From Octopus vulgaris (taxonomy: Eukaryota): 64,000 nt of DNA. This document shows positions 13,586 to 26,828 of the stretch, piece after piece (the first letter of the stretch is position 1; every line of letters begins with the position of its first letter). The stretch lies in contig OX597817.1 of assembly GCA_951406725.2 (NCBI GenBank), positions 10,292,001 to 10,356,000 on the forward strand, read 5' to 3'. Both the position numbers and the translations under genes were made by a program. The notes below the pieces were generated by a model, which had not been told where the DNA came from, did not search any database, and saw nothing but the letters and a program-made list of their open reading frames with translations.

Positions 13586-13903
13586 GAGGGCGCGTGGCTT
13601 AGTGGTTAGGGCATTCGGCTCATGATCGTAAGGTTGTGAGTTCGTTTCCCGGCGACGCGTTGTGTCCTTGAGCAAGACACTTTATTTCACGTTGCTCCAG
13701 TCCACTCAGCTGGCAAAAATGAGTTGTACCTGTATTTCAAAGGGTCAGCCTTGTCACTCTCTGTGTCACGCTGATTATCCCCGAGAACTACGTTAAGGGT
13801 ACACGTGTCTGTGGAATGCTCAGCCATTTGCACGTTAATTTCACGAGCAAGCTGTTCCATTGATTGTATCAGCTGGGACCCTCGTCGTCGTAACCGACGG
13901 AGT
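13586..13903 (+). mobile_element. tRNA-derived SINE, head C + tail Y
   Basis: Head as in 585-729; tail tgtacctgtatttcaaaggg...cgtaaccgacggagt. Confidence 0.8.
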
Positions 13904-14015
13904 AAAGAGAGAAAAAAAAAATATATATATATATATATGCACACACACACCATCATATTGGTCAGTTCTACTGAAGATACTTCAACTAAATTACATATAT
14001 ATATATATATATATA

Positions 14016-14272
14016 TATAGGTTAAAGTAGTGAAGAAAAGCAAGCAATTAGGCAATGCAGGACAAGGACATTTAAATTCATTAAATTCAATCTAAAATTT
14101 AGCGACATAATGAATGGTAAAAATAGTACAAAACAGTAGAAGTATCTTTTATTATTTTGTACTATTTTTACCATTCATTATGTTGCTAAATTTTAGATTG
14201 AATTTAATGAAATTAAATGTCCTTGTTCTGCATTGTCAAATTGTATGCCTTTCCTTACTACTTTAACCTATA
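14016..14272. repeat. Fold-back inverted repeat, 127-bp arms, 3-nt loop
   Basis: 14016-14142 is the reverse complement of 14146-14272 with about 13 mismatches by eye. The arm is similar to 48935-49057. Confidence 0.9.
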
Positions 14273-14411
14273 CCTACTAACTCAAAGGGATACCACCTTT
14301 AGTCACTTCTAACTGGAATTTTGGTGGCACATCTGTTTGAGCACTCAGAATGCATACCTATTGGTTTGAGTCATCCTGATGAAAACTCCTCATATCCTCT
14401 CTCTCTTTGTT

Positions 14412-14462
<51 letters not shown>

Positions 14463-14489
14463 TTCTCTCTCTCTCTCTCTCCTTAAATA

Positions 14490-14802
14490 TGGCACGTAAA
14501 AAGCACCATCTGAATCGTGGCCGAAGCCAGTGCCGCCTCGACTGGCTTCCGTGCAGGTGGCACGTAAAATGCACCAATCCGACCGTGGCCGATGCCAGCC
14601 TCACCTGGCACCAGTGCAGGTGCCACGTAAAAAGCACTCACTACACTCACAGAGTGGTTGGCGTTAGGAAGGGCATCCAGCTGTAGAAACATTGCCAGAT
14701 AAGACCGGAGCCTGGTGCAGCCTTCTGGCTTCCCAGATCCCCGGTCGAACCGTCCAACCCATGCTAGCATGGAGAACGGACGTTAAACGATGATGATGAT
14801 GA
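14490..14802 (+). mobile_element. Family B
   Basis: Tandem units, 3' block, (GAT)n. Confidence 0.85.
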
Positions 14803-15119
14803 TATATATATATATATATATATATATAAGGACTCATGTGAGTCAGGCACTTAAATGGTAAGGCACAGGGTCAGGTCAAAAAATAAAATGTGTACACAAC
14901 AAAAATAGATGAATGCATATATGCAGGTACCAAAGTACAGGCAGAAAGATATTCAGGTTATGTTTACAATTGATTAAACCCTACAAAGTATATTACTAGC
15001 CTTTGGGCTAATCCAGAAATGTATATTGTATTAAATATACGGTCCATTATATACTTTGGAACATGATATATACATACTTCTCAAATTTCTACATTAAATA
15101 GGTTAAATCAATTTACCTA

Positions 15120-15431
15120 TGAGCTGTTCAAAACGTCTTACGCGATGAGAAAACTTAGTATGGTGTGATTTCGGTCCTTGCGAGGCGCTACCTATATCTA
15201 TTAAACAAAGGAAGATTTGTCTACATCCGCACTCCAAGTTGTTGTTGCACTGCTATGTCAACATCATAAGGCTGTAGACTCTCAAACTGCTCTGCAAACA
15301 AAGTTACGTCATCGTTCTGTGCAACAGTGAACTCGCAACAAAGCAATAGTTCGAGATATGGCCACTAGGTGACAGCACATACCTTGAGTGAAGAGCAAAT
15401 CAAGGGTGCTAATTAATTTCTGACGGTAGTG
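15120..15431 (-). mobile_element. Probable Tc1-like element end
   Basis: Minus strand starts TA|CACTACCGTCAGAAATTAATTAGCACCC, in the style of a Tc1 TIR; no partner TIR found. Confidence 0.35.
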
Positions 15432-16608
15432 TATATACATATACATGTATATATATATATATGCATATATACATATATACATGTATATATATATATATAT
15501 ATATGCATACATACATATACATATATATATATATATACATACACATACTTATGGATGGATGGAAAGTTAGGTTGATAGACTCTTACTATCTTTCACATAG
15601 AGCAGCATTTAGAAACAGGTCTTTGATTGACAAAGACAAAGCAGTTTCATGAAGCATTTGTTTCACTATTATCATTGTCATTATCATCTGCAACAAAACA
15701 ATAATATAATTTGTCAGATATAAGCAAGTAAATACAGAACATTTACATTTTACCTTTCGAAATCAAATTCTCAGGGCTAGAATAGTTTTGCAACCACTTG
15801 AGATATGTTAACTCTGTAACTTAATATTTTGTTAATATTCTGATAATTTTAATTGTGTTCAGTTCTGTTTTATCATTTTTGCATTTCAATATAACCAAAC
15901 TTATATTGTCTTCAAAAATTAAAGAAACAATAGCAATAAGAATAATAACAACAATTAATACAGTTCAATTATGTATACAATAATAACACGTACTCATCTA
16001 ATAAATAAAATATAATTACAATTATATTGTATGCATTAGAAACCTGAACTTATAACCTACAAGACCCTTATCTCATACCTTGACCTCTGAGTTAATATTT
16101 GTAAACATTTGTTGTTCTTTTTGATGTTGCATTACAAAACGTTAATGAGTGAAATATTATTATATCTTAACTGAACATTCAAACTTCATGAATTAACAAT
16201 GTGCTTAACAGACTACTCTGTTTGTTTTGAAAACATTAATAAGAACGTCTGAAAGGAATCAATATTTTCAATTATCAATATTTTTAATTATTATTCAGTA
16301 GATATAAGCAAAGATACTATAAATTATATATTCTAACTTTCAGTATTCTTTCAAAACTGTTCATATGTAGAGAGACAAGCCCATGGTGGAAAAGTAATGA
16401 AGATATAATCTAAAAATTGTTTTAAGGTGTATAGTGCTAAAAGGAATGTAATTAATTATATTTTTTACTCACCTCATTAATTGACAAACTAATATTTTTT
16501 TTTTCTGAATTTTCATCATTAATACAAAATTGACCACAATGTCAAAGTTTAAAGTAGTGGTCACTGTGTTAGTCAGCAGTAGCATGTATAACTGAATACT
16601 GTCCAATG

Positions 16609-16860
16609 CAGTGTTTCCCAAACATTTTTTACCTGCTAAACCTTTCGATTCCTATTTTATTCAGGTGAAACCTCCTAGCCCTTTGATGTTAAAAAGAATT
16701 TTATTAGGAAGTGTATAAGGCGTAGGAGTGGCTGTGTAGTAAGTAGCTTGTTTACCAACCACATGGTTCCGGGTTCAGTCCCACTGCATGATACTTTGGG
16801 CAAGTGTCTTATACTATAACCTAAGGTCAACCAAAGACGGAAACTGAAAGAAGACCGTCG

Positions 16861-16919
<59 letters not shown>

Positions 16920-17257
16920 TTGTGTATCTGTGTTTGTCCCCCCAACACCGCTTGACAACTGATGCTGGTGTGTTTACGTCCCTGTAACTTAGCGATTCGT
17001 CAAAAGAGAGACCGATAGAATAAGTACTAGGCTTACAAAGAATAAGTCCTGGGGTCGATTTGCTCAACTAAGGGTGGTGCTCCAGCATGGCCACAGTCAA
17101 ATGACGGAAACAAGTAAAAGAGTAAGAATAATTATTAAGATATTCTGTGTATTATAGAAATATAACCAATTTATTGGCGATAAATTTTAACAAGGAAATT
17201 TTTTATGGCTTCCACCCTGCCCCAAAGGGTCATCTGGCTCCTGGTTGAGAACCACTG
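16609..17257. mobile_element. hAT-type MITE with a nested SINE
   Basis: TIRs cagtgtttcccaaac / ggttgagaaccactg (12/15); decayed 8-bp TSD gtccaatg / atcttatg. Confidence 0.65.
16719..17130 (+). mobile_element. SINE family A, nested in the hAT MITE
   Basis: Near full-length match with a small internal deletion. Confidence 0.85.
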
Positions 17258-18731
17258 ATCTTATGTGCTGGTACAGATGAGTGTAGGATTGACAGAAACA
17301 AAAGAGTCACCAGACTTCATGTTTATATTCTAAGTTTTCCTCCAGAGTCAAATTTGCCTTTCAGTCTTCCAGGATCAATAAAATAAGAACTTCTTAAAAA
17401 CTTCATTCCCTTGAATACATATCCCTCATCTAAAATCTGTGGCCTTAAGCAAAATTTAGGAATCAACATAAAATAAAAAGATAAAATTTCTTTTGGTACA
17501 AATTGGCAATATTTTACTTGATACTTTATATGACCACTATTTGATCTCTCTCTCTCTTTTTCTCTCGCTCTTTCTCTATCTCTTTCATTTTCTATGTACT
17601 ATATGAACAGATATATCTGATTCAATTGGATGTGATAATTGTTTTTCTTACTCAAGAGAGCAAGATGTGTGTTCTTATGCTCAACACGTCTTCTTAGAAC
17701 AGAAGAACCTGGGAAATGCTAAAGGTTATTAACTTGTGTAAATACATGCAAGAACTGAATTTCAATGGAAAAGATATTTGTTCAAGAAAGATTGCATTGT
17801 TTCCACTGGAAAGATAATATGATTCTCAATAGATGGAATGATAGAATTTTTAAGTAGTTTTAATTCAGGTTGATCTAGAATTGAAGAGTTTTAAACTACA
17901 TTATTAGTAACCATAACACAATCCAAATTAAATTTTGATTGGCAACTCTCTGCTTTAACACTAATATAACAATCAGCTATTAATGAGCAATTTTTGAAAT
18001 ATATTTTCATGTTGACCTAAAATTTGTTGATCAAGTAACATATACTATTAACAATTATAGGAAACCAAAAATACTTGTGATGTTTGAATTAACCAAAAGA
18101 ATTTCTTGTTCATCTTATTTGTTATGATATAACCAAGAATGTATTAGGGTGGCAAGCTGGCAGAATTGTTAGCACACTGGATAAAATGCTTACTGGCATT
18201 TCGTCTGTCTTTACAATCTGAGTTCAAATTCCACTGAGGTGGACTTTGCCTTTCATCCTTTCAGGGTCGATAAGTATCAGTTGGACACTGGGATCAATGT
18301 AATCGACTTACCCCCTACCCCCAAATTTCTGGTCTTGGGTCAAAATTTGAAATCAATATGATCAAGAATGTAAATTTACCCATATTTCAAAGATTTTGGA
18401 GTCATGCCAAAAAATATTTCATAGATGAAAACCTTTAATACAGAAATTAATTTACTAAATATTTTTATTAGTCTTTAACCTTTAATTAACCATGTCTAAA
18501 AATATCATTGTAATTCTGAGATTACACAATATACATATTATCATCAGCCTTTTAACCTCTACTTTTCCATGCCTTCATGGGTCAGACAGATTTCTACAGC
18601 CAGACCCCCTCCCAGTCACCTTGCTTGTTTCCATGGTTATATATTGCCATAGCCTGACATGTTTTCCATGAAAGACTGGAAATAAACAACATTACTTGTA
18701 TGACAGTGAGGCTCACTTAAACGTATCAAGT

Positions 18732-19142
18732 TGTAGTGACGCTACTGTGTAAGTTTCAGTGCACATGCGCAGAATTGGATTACTTCCGGTTGACCACCGG
18801 AAGTTTTCCTCATGCGCAGGCGCAGGAACTGCAACCTGAAAGCATGACCACTGAATCGGTCTTTCTGGCAGAGCAGCGCTAGTGATCGGACATGGCTCAA
18901 CTTCTCTCAACGAACACCGTATCTTCTTGGCTCACACGAGTGAACATTGTAAACAGTCCTGTGGACTCGGCTGCCGGTTTCCCCACAAGAAATACATATG
19001 TATATGTTTTACCTGTGAACCGCAGAATAAACTACTATTTGTTGTTATTAAAGACAGCCTAACGATTCCGTTCCTTCAACTTATATGTGACAAGATCAGA
19101 TCGGACACCCCTCCAGTCTTCCTGAACTCCCATCCTGTTACA
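18732..19142 (+). mobile_element. Solo LTR (Gypsy-like), 411 bp
   Basis: TGTA...TACA termini; 4-bp TSD AAGT at 18728-18731 and 19143-19146; AATAAA near 19026; CpG-rich relative to its flanks. Confidence 0.85.
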
Positions 19143-19431
19143 AAGTGATATCAAGAGCAGGGTTTATACACTCACACATGCACACTCATATATATGTACA
19201 TAATAGGCTTCTTCCAGTTTCCATTGTGTTGTGCAGTAAAACTGAACCTGAAGCTACATGGCTGGGAAACACTTCTCAAGCACACAGCCTTGCCTGTACC
19301 TTCAAGTAATAACTATTTACTAACAAACCATAGGGAATATTTTGCCTACTACATAGATTAAGGAAAATATGTTGTCCTATGGTAAGGTTTTAATAGAGAT
19401 TAAAAGTTAAGGATTATATATGATACGTCAA

Positions 19432-19735
19432 CACCAACATCAAAAAAATCAAACGGAAATTGTAGTTAAGATACCTGTGCTGGTGACACGTAAAAAGCAC
19501 TGTCCAAAAGTAGCAGATACCGTTTGCCAGCCTCCTCTGGCCCCTGTGCCGGTGGCGCATAAAAAACACCCACTACACTCACAGAGTGGTTGGTGTTAGG
19601 AAGGGCATCTGACTGTAGAAACACTGCCAGATCAGACTGGAGCCTGGTGCAGTTCCTGGGTTCCCAGACCCCGGTCAAAACGTCCAACCCATGCTAGCAT
19701 GGAAAAACGGACGTTAAACGATGATGATCATGATG
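19432..19735 (+). mobile_element. Family B
   Basis: One tandem unit plus 3' block. Confidence 0.8.
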
Positions 19736-20075
19736 TTGTTGTCTTCTTTAGTTAATTAACTCAAATTGAGATTCAAACCAATAACAACAATGGTAAATAT
19801 CTTGGATAACTGATAGATAAATGTTTGTAGAGATTTTGTCTAGTTTTGTGGGGGTTTTTTTGTTGTATAATTAATAATAACACCTAGTTTTAGGTCAGAG
19901 ATCTTCAATCATGGCCTCAATAACATCTGTGGTAGAAGAGGTACAGCTAATGTCTGAATGTCTGGCATGCAGATCTTCTTAGTACTCAGCATTCAAGATT
20001 CAGTACTCAAATTCAAGACTCAGTGATGAATACATCACTAATTCTTGAATCACTATGGCATATATCATATATAAA

Positions 20076-20373
20076 TGTTTCTTCTCGAGCCATGCCTGGC
20101 TCATAAGGCCCGGTTTCCCAGTTTCCTTGGCGTATAGGTTCCCCACCTTGACTGGACGCCAGTCCATCACAGGTGAGCTGCAAGATGCAGGAAGAAAGAG
20201 TGAGAGAAAATTGTGGCGAAAGAGTCAGCAGAAGTTTTGCCATTACCTTCTGCCGGAGCCACGTAGAGCTTAAATATTTCGCTCATAAACACACACATTG
20301 CCCGGTCTGAGATTCGAACTCACGGTCGAGGGACCATGAGTCTGCTGCTCTAACCACTAGGCCATGTTCCTCC
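20076..20373 (-). mobile_element. tRNA-derived SINE, head D + tail X
   Basis: Head and body related to the 27936 copy; tail gtgatggactggcgtcc...gaaactgggaaaccggg. Confidence 0.8.
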
Positions 20374-20857
20374 ATAATATATAAATAGATTCATACATAC
20401 ATACATACATACACATATGCATATACACACATATACACACATGCAAATGTGTGCACACATACATATGTATATATTTATAATTGTAAGTGAATTTTAATAA
20501 CACACTGGACAACAACCATTTAGAAATAATTATCCCCTCTCCTCACTGCAAACAGATTCCAGCTCTTACTTCATTAATGCACTGTATCTTCATTATACTT
20601 ATTCAAACATCACAACAATGGGCTCCTCTGAGCTTGTTTCGTTTATACCACCACCAGCACCAAAATCTATTTACACAACACTCTACTTTTTAGCGTGACT
20701 ATTATATTTCCCTTTGTTGATCCTCTCCTGCACTTAGCAGTATGTACCAACTTTCATTCTCCACAACGGTATCAATAGGACTCACTGCTAAACCGTTTCA
20801 GACATGTATCCCTATATAATACTACTTTAAATAAATAAATAACTACACTTCATGTGT

Positions 20858-21287
20858 ATACTCTTTACTCCTTTACTCTTTTACTTGTTTCAGTCATTTG
20901 ACTGCGGCCATGCTGGAGCACCGCCTTTAATCGAGCAACTCGACCCCGAGACTTATTCTTTTGTAAGCCCAGTACTTATTCTATCGGTCTCTTTTGCCGA
21001 ACCGCTAAGTGACAACGGGGACGTAAACACACCAGCATTGGTTGTCAAGCAATGCTAGGGGGACAAACACAGACACACAAACACACACACACACACACAC
21101 ACATATACATATACATATATATACGACAGGCTTCTTTCAGTTTCCATCTACCAAATCCACTCACAAGGCATTGGTCGGCCCGGGGCTATAGCAGAAGACA
21201 CATGCCCAAGATGCCACGCAGTGGGACTGAACCCAGAACCATGTGGTTGGTTAGCAAGCTACTTACCACACAGCCACTCCTGCGCCT
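20858..21287 (-). mobile_element. SINE family A
   Basis: Full-length match. Confidence 0.85.
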
Positions 21288-21407
21288 ATGGGAAGTATAC
21301 TTATGCTTCACTTACAGCAGTAATAGTAAACTTTGAATAATATATCGTTCAGTTATATATGCATTCAGTGGTCCTCTACCAAATACATTGTGGTCTTCTG
21401 TTAAATT

Positions 21408-21591
21408 TGGCATGTTAAAAGCACCCACTACACTCTCAGAGTGGTTGGCGTTAGGAAGGGCATCCAACTGTAGAAACTCTGCCGGATCAGATTGGAGCCT
21501 GGCCCAGCCATCTGGTTCGCCAGTCCTCAGTCAAATCGTCCAACTCATGCTAGCATGGAAAGCGAACATTAAACGATGATGATGATGATGA
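21408..21591 (+). mobile_element. Family B, truncated
   Basis: 3' block plus (GAT)n. Confidence 0.8.
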
Positions 21592-21672
21592 CCACTAGCT
21601 TTCCATCATGAGTGTATATGATAAACATGGTTTTCTTGTAAAAGCTTTAACAATCAAACAATCCCTTTATAG

Positions 21673-22079
21673 ATGCAGGTGTGGCTGTGTGGTAAGAAGC
21701 TCGCTTCACAATCACATGGTTTTGAGTTCAACCCCACTGTGTGGCACCTTGAGCAATCGTCTTCTACTATAGCCTTAAGCTGACCAAAACCTTGTGAGTG
21801 AACTTGGTAGACAGAAACTGAAAGAAGCCCATTATATATGTATGTATTTATGTGTGTGTGTCTTTGTGTCTGTGTTTTTTCCCCTCCCATAGCTTGATAA
21901 CCGATGTTGGTTTGTGTATGTCCCCATAACTTAGTAGTTCAGCAAAAGAATATGTACTAGGCTTACAAAGATTAAGTCTTGGAGTGAATTACTTCGACTA
22001 ATACTTTTTAAGGTGGTGCTCCAGCATGGCCGCAGGCAAATGATGGAAACAAATAAAAGAATTAACAAATAAAAGAATA
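21673..22079 (+). mobile_element. SINE family A, older copy
   Basis: Diverged full-length match. Confidence 0.8.
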
Positions 22080-22990
22080 GACCAAATCAAGATTGGAATT
22101 ATTGAATTCTAGTAGATTACCAATATTTCAGATCTGCAACTGAAATGCAAAGGACAAAATTCTAATACAGATTATACGTAAAATATTCTTTCTATCTCTT
22201 TAATACAAAATGGAAAACAGTTGATGGTTGGGGATTACATACTTTTAAAACTTCAATCTTTGTATTTAGTGATGTAACTACATTGAAAAGTAGGTTATCT
22301 TCATAATTAGTGTTGTTAATTATGCCAACCTAGCTGGTTACATCTATGATATATACATATGCTCTGATCATTGTTACACCTATGTGCTTTTCCATGAAAA
22401 AATATTACACTGAGGACTTAGTTTTGCTTCTTATAAAGTATATCTAGAGCAACTCTACTTTGTGTGAGATTTCAAACTCAACATTGCAAGCCAACAAAAC
22501 ACTTGTCAAACCTTCAGTGTTCCTACTGTTTACAGCAATAAATTTTACTTTGCATCAAGACAGACCATTAGGAATTTTTGGCAGTGACATAGTGCAACAC
22601 AGAAGATAGACTATAAATGGTTGATTTCAGCCAGTTGGAATTCATACTGAAGCAAAGAAGTGGAATAAAAAATTTAAATATCATCAGTTGATTAATTTAA
22701 GAAAATAATTTTTAAAAAAAAACATTTACAAACTTCCGGGATGAAATTTAGCTTCACAGACCTAGATAAAAGATTAGCAAGAGTTTTGTTAAAAAAACTT
22801 AAATTGAGGGAAAAAAAGGGAAAAAATAATTACTTGTGAAATGTGTTACTAGATTCATTAAACTTGATTGGAAAAGTATTGGTTTCTTGTAGACCTAAAA
22901 CTGAAATATAACAGAATGGTCATAATTAACATGAGACACAGACAATGATGTTTTAATCAATTTCTGGATTGTTTATGTTAACTATATCAG

Positions 22991-23223
22991 AGGCGGTGAG
23001 CTGACAGAACCGTTAGCACGCCAGGCGAAATGCGTAGCCATATTTCTTCTGCCCTTTACGTTCTGAGTTCAAATTCCGCCGAGGTCGACTTTGCCTTTCA
23101 TCCTTTCGGGGTCGATAAATTAAGTACCAGTTACGCACTGGGGTCAATGTAATCGATTTAATACCTTTGTCTGTCCTTCTTTGTCCCCTCTATGTTTAGC
23201 CCCTTGTGGGCAATAAAGAAATA
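22991..23223 (+). mobile_element. tRNA-derived SINE family E, full length
   Basis: gagttcaaattcc B box; central gcctttcatcctttcggggtcgataaattaagtaccag; TSD tatatcag. Other copies near 10290-10512 (-), 18146-18355 (+), 44553-44710 (+) and 54930-55050 (+). Confidence 0.85.
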
Positions 23224-23934
23224 TATATCAGTTTTTCTCAGATTAATGAACAAACTGAAAAATCAGTCCTATAACTTTCATAGTATTAGAATTTTATATG
23301 ATAAAATTACTAATAACATTTTTCCTTTTTTTCATTTTATTTAAGGCTTGAAAGATATAGGAACCAAGATGTGCATTCTTTTCGATAGTGCTTTTTTCTT
23401 TTCATTTGGTGTTGTTATTGTTGTTATTAGATAGCTCCAGTTAGTTCTACTTGTCTATTTTTTTCTTTATTGATTAGATAAAAAATGAAAAGGAGGAAAC
23501 AGTAAACATTACATCTGTAGACTCCCAGGCTGGAGAGATCAGTGCATTTGATGATCACTTTAAACTTCCGTATATCAATGTATGTAAGAATAATATGCAC
23601 AGGGCAGTAATCCCAGCTTTGAGACTGAAGAAAGTGCTTTTAGTGTTGTGTCTGAAAAGTGAGACATAACAACAGAGGGTATTGTAACAGGAATGGTGAG
23701 GGCATCAAGTAGGTCTGGGCAGAGAGATTATACAGCTCATTAGAAGTTCAGAAAGAAGTCTACTAAAGGAAGATTTGATTGACAATGATAATAGTAATAA
23801 TAATAATGACCCTTTCTGCTGTAGACACAAGGCCAGACATTTGGGGAGTGGAAGCCAGTTGACTTCATCAGTCTCAGTGCTCAACTGGTGGTACTTATTT
23901 TTTCAACCCAAAAAGGATGAAGGCAAAGTCAACC

Positions 23935-24900
23935 AAATTACTGAACATGGTGTCCTGTCAAGTACCTTCTCCAAGTCAACAAAAGCCTGGAATAGTGGTT
24001 TATTATTCACCAAGTATTTCTTCTGCAGTTGCTTCACTGAGAAGATTGCCATCTGTAGTAACTCTTCCAGGTATGAAGTCAAAGTGCATCACACCTAGGT
24101 CTACTCTCTCGGGGATCAATTGTGCTATGACTCTCGCCATAGTTTGATTCCTCTATACGTACTTCTCTCTAAGGAATTTCCTTTGCTTTTCTTACGAATA
24201 TACCCCTATGCTAGTCACTGAGTATGACTTCTTGTGTGACTTCATTTACAATCCAGAATTCAATATTTCCAATTTTGTTTTGAGTGTCAATCACGTGTCC
24301 TTCCTCGCCAGGTATTTTGAACATCACAACTACTTCTCATAAGCCTACAGTTTTCCCTCCTTTCATGCTCTTGATCATTATATCTATAACACTACTGTCA
24401 ACTTCAATTACTTGTCCCTCTGTAGGATCAGCATGTGGTAACCCCACGTTATCCTATATAGTCTTTACAGTCATCAAAGTCTCAGAAGAGCAATTTCACA
24501 CCATTTTCTTGTCTTACATATTGATGGCAAGTATGCTTTCATCATTCCAACCATACCTCTCACCAATGACATCTTAGTTTTCTCTCACACAGTCTCACAC
24601 TCCTGAACACCTCATGTTTCTGATACATTTCAAGACATGTACAAGAAAATCTCTTCCTTTCTGCCTACCCTTAGCTAAGCAAACCCGTTATCTAACCCTT
24701 CTTCCCCCACCACCCACTTCTAACCATTTAGTAATGCTCCTTACTACCATCTTCCCTCAAGTTTTCCAAGCCAGTCCCTTAAACATTACCACCCTATCAA
24801 CAATATCATTCCACCACCATGTCCCTTTTGCCTTGGCTGGGATTTTCTCCCAACTGCATTTCTGATTTATGGCCCTAAGCAGGTTGTTTCACAGAAATTC
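23935..24900 (-). pseudogene. RTE-clade LINE reverse transcriptase fragment
   Basis: Minus strand LPHADPTEGQVIEVDSSVIDIMIKSMKGGKTVG...RVIAQLIPERVDLGVMHFDFIPGRVTTD/IFSVKQLQKKYLVNNKPLFQAFVDLEKVLDRTP; multiple stops and frameshifts. Confidence 0.85.
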
Positions 24901-25194
24901 CCACTTGTCATGTATACTACAAATATTAAATCTTTCTCCCTAGCCATATGCATCATTTAGAATTTCTCCTCCCAGCTGTAATATGCATCATGGAAAACTG
25001 ACATTAAACGTTAGAGGTTGATGATATATATATATATGTCGTCATCATCATCATCATCATCGTTTAATGTCTGTATTCCATTCTGGCATAGGTTGGACGG
25101 TTTGACTGAGGTCTGGAAAACCAGCAGCTACACCAGGCTTCAATCTGATCAGAGGATGTTTCTACAGCTGGATGCCCTTTCTAATACCAACCAA

Positions 25195-26299
25195 TCTGAT
25201 TGAGCATTGCTCCAAATTACGCCCCAGGCCATCACAGAATAGCTGCCATGTTTCATTGTTGGCTGCAATCTTTTCACATCAAATTCTTGATCACAGATTC
25301 TCCAGACCCACGCTCAACCGCTGTCAGAAAATACTGCAATCTGGACTCATTGGAGAATATGACAGTGTCCCAAAGTGCTAATGGCCGCTCTACCATCTCA
25401 CTGACCCAATTTTCTCTCTGTTTGATATTGGCTAGTCAAATAAGTGGCTTCCTTCTTGCTGCTCTGCCATGGGGATGGAAGCACTCCGTCGGTTACGACG
25501 ATGAGGGTTCCAGTTGATCCGAATCAACGGAACAGCCTGCTCATGAAATTAACGTGTAAGTGGCTGAGCACTCCACAGACATGTGTACCCTTAACGTAGT
25601 TCTCGGGGATATTCAGCGTGACACAGAGAGTGACAAGGCCGGCCCTTTGAAATACAGGTACAACAGAAACAGGAAGAAAGAGTGAGAGAAAGTTGTGGTG
25701 AAAGAGTACAGCAGGGATCACCACTATCCCCTGCCAGAGCCTCGTGGAGCTTTAGGTGTTTTCGCTCAATAAACACTCACAACGCCCTGTCTGAGAATCG
25801 AAACCGCAATCCTATGACCGCGAGTCCGCTACCCTAACCATTGGGCCATTGTGCCTCCGCTCTGTCGTAGTAACCAAGTTTGTAGAGATACCTGACAGCT
25901 GTTCTGGGACTGACATCAACATGTTCTACTATAACAGAGGCCTTGCAATGAGGATTATCCTCCACACTTCTCTTAACAAAGACAGCAGGGTGATGTGGAC
26001 TCCTTCCCTGCTCTGGTGAATTGCACAATCACTCTATTAACTGTCAAAAGTGGGATCCCAAAATTTTCTGCGATTTTACACTGACTATGTCCACCTTCAG
26101 TTTGACCCACAATATGGCCTCTTTGAAATTCAGACAGTTCCAAGGCGTTTTTTTTTTTTGTACATGGCATGATTAGACAGTCACATATAGAACCTGAAAC
26201 ATAAAAATGTCAATTAATAAAAAATATAAACTTTCACAAATCAGAATAAACATAAGACGATGTTTTATGAGGTATCTATTTACTTCTGTCATGTCTGTG
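25195..26299 (-). pseudogene. Tc1-family transposase relic (5' half), interrupted by a SINE
   Basis: TA|CACAGACATGACAG end. [12 protein letters not shown]...[15 protein letters not shown] (HTH), then RYLYKLGYY; after the SINE, RAARRKPLI...WDTVIFSNESR...VWR...LQPTMKHGSYSVMAWG. Contains stops and frameshifts. Confidence 0.9.
25473..25858 (-). mobile_element. tRNA-derived SINE, head D + tail Y, inserted in Tc1
   Basis: Decayed TSD gctctgccatgg (25461-25472) / gctctgtcgtag (25859-25870). Confidence 0.9.
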
Positions 26300-26374
26300 T
26301 ATATATGCACATATATATATATATATTTACATATATGTTTATACATATATATATGTATTATATATTTATATATA

Positions 26375-26797
26375 GGTGCAGGAGGTGCTGTGTGGTAAGA
26401 AGCTTTTTTCCCAACCACATGGTTCCAGGTTCAGTCCCACTGTGTGGCACCTAGGGCAAGTGTCTTCTACTATAACCTCAGGCCAACCAAAGCCTTGCAA
26501 GTAGATTTGAAAGATGGAAACTGAAAGAAGCCTGTCCTATATATATATATCTATATATATATATATGTATAGGACATATATGTCCTATATTTCAAAATGC
26601 GACCTTGTGTGTACCGTTGGCGATTTTTTTCCTCTGTCTTCCCTTCTCTGGATCTTTCCTTCTCCTATGTTTCCGACGAAGAGCTCCACTCGAAACATTA
26701 AACCCTCCTTCTTTCCTTCTTTCCTGAGCATCCAATAATACTATATTTGTTCCATGTCCTTGCGTTGTTGTGTTTTTTTGTGTTTTCTTGTTTGGAT

Positions 26798-26828
<31 letters not shown>

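Noticed and set aside
14376-14390. CTGATGA followed by AAAC as a hammerhead
   Set aside because: No stem II and no properly spaced GAAA.
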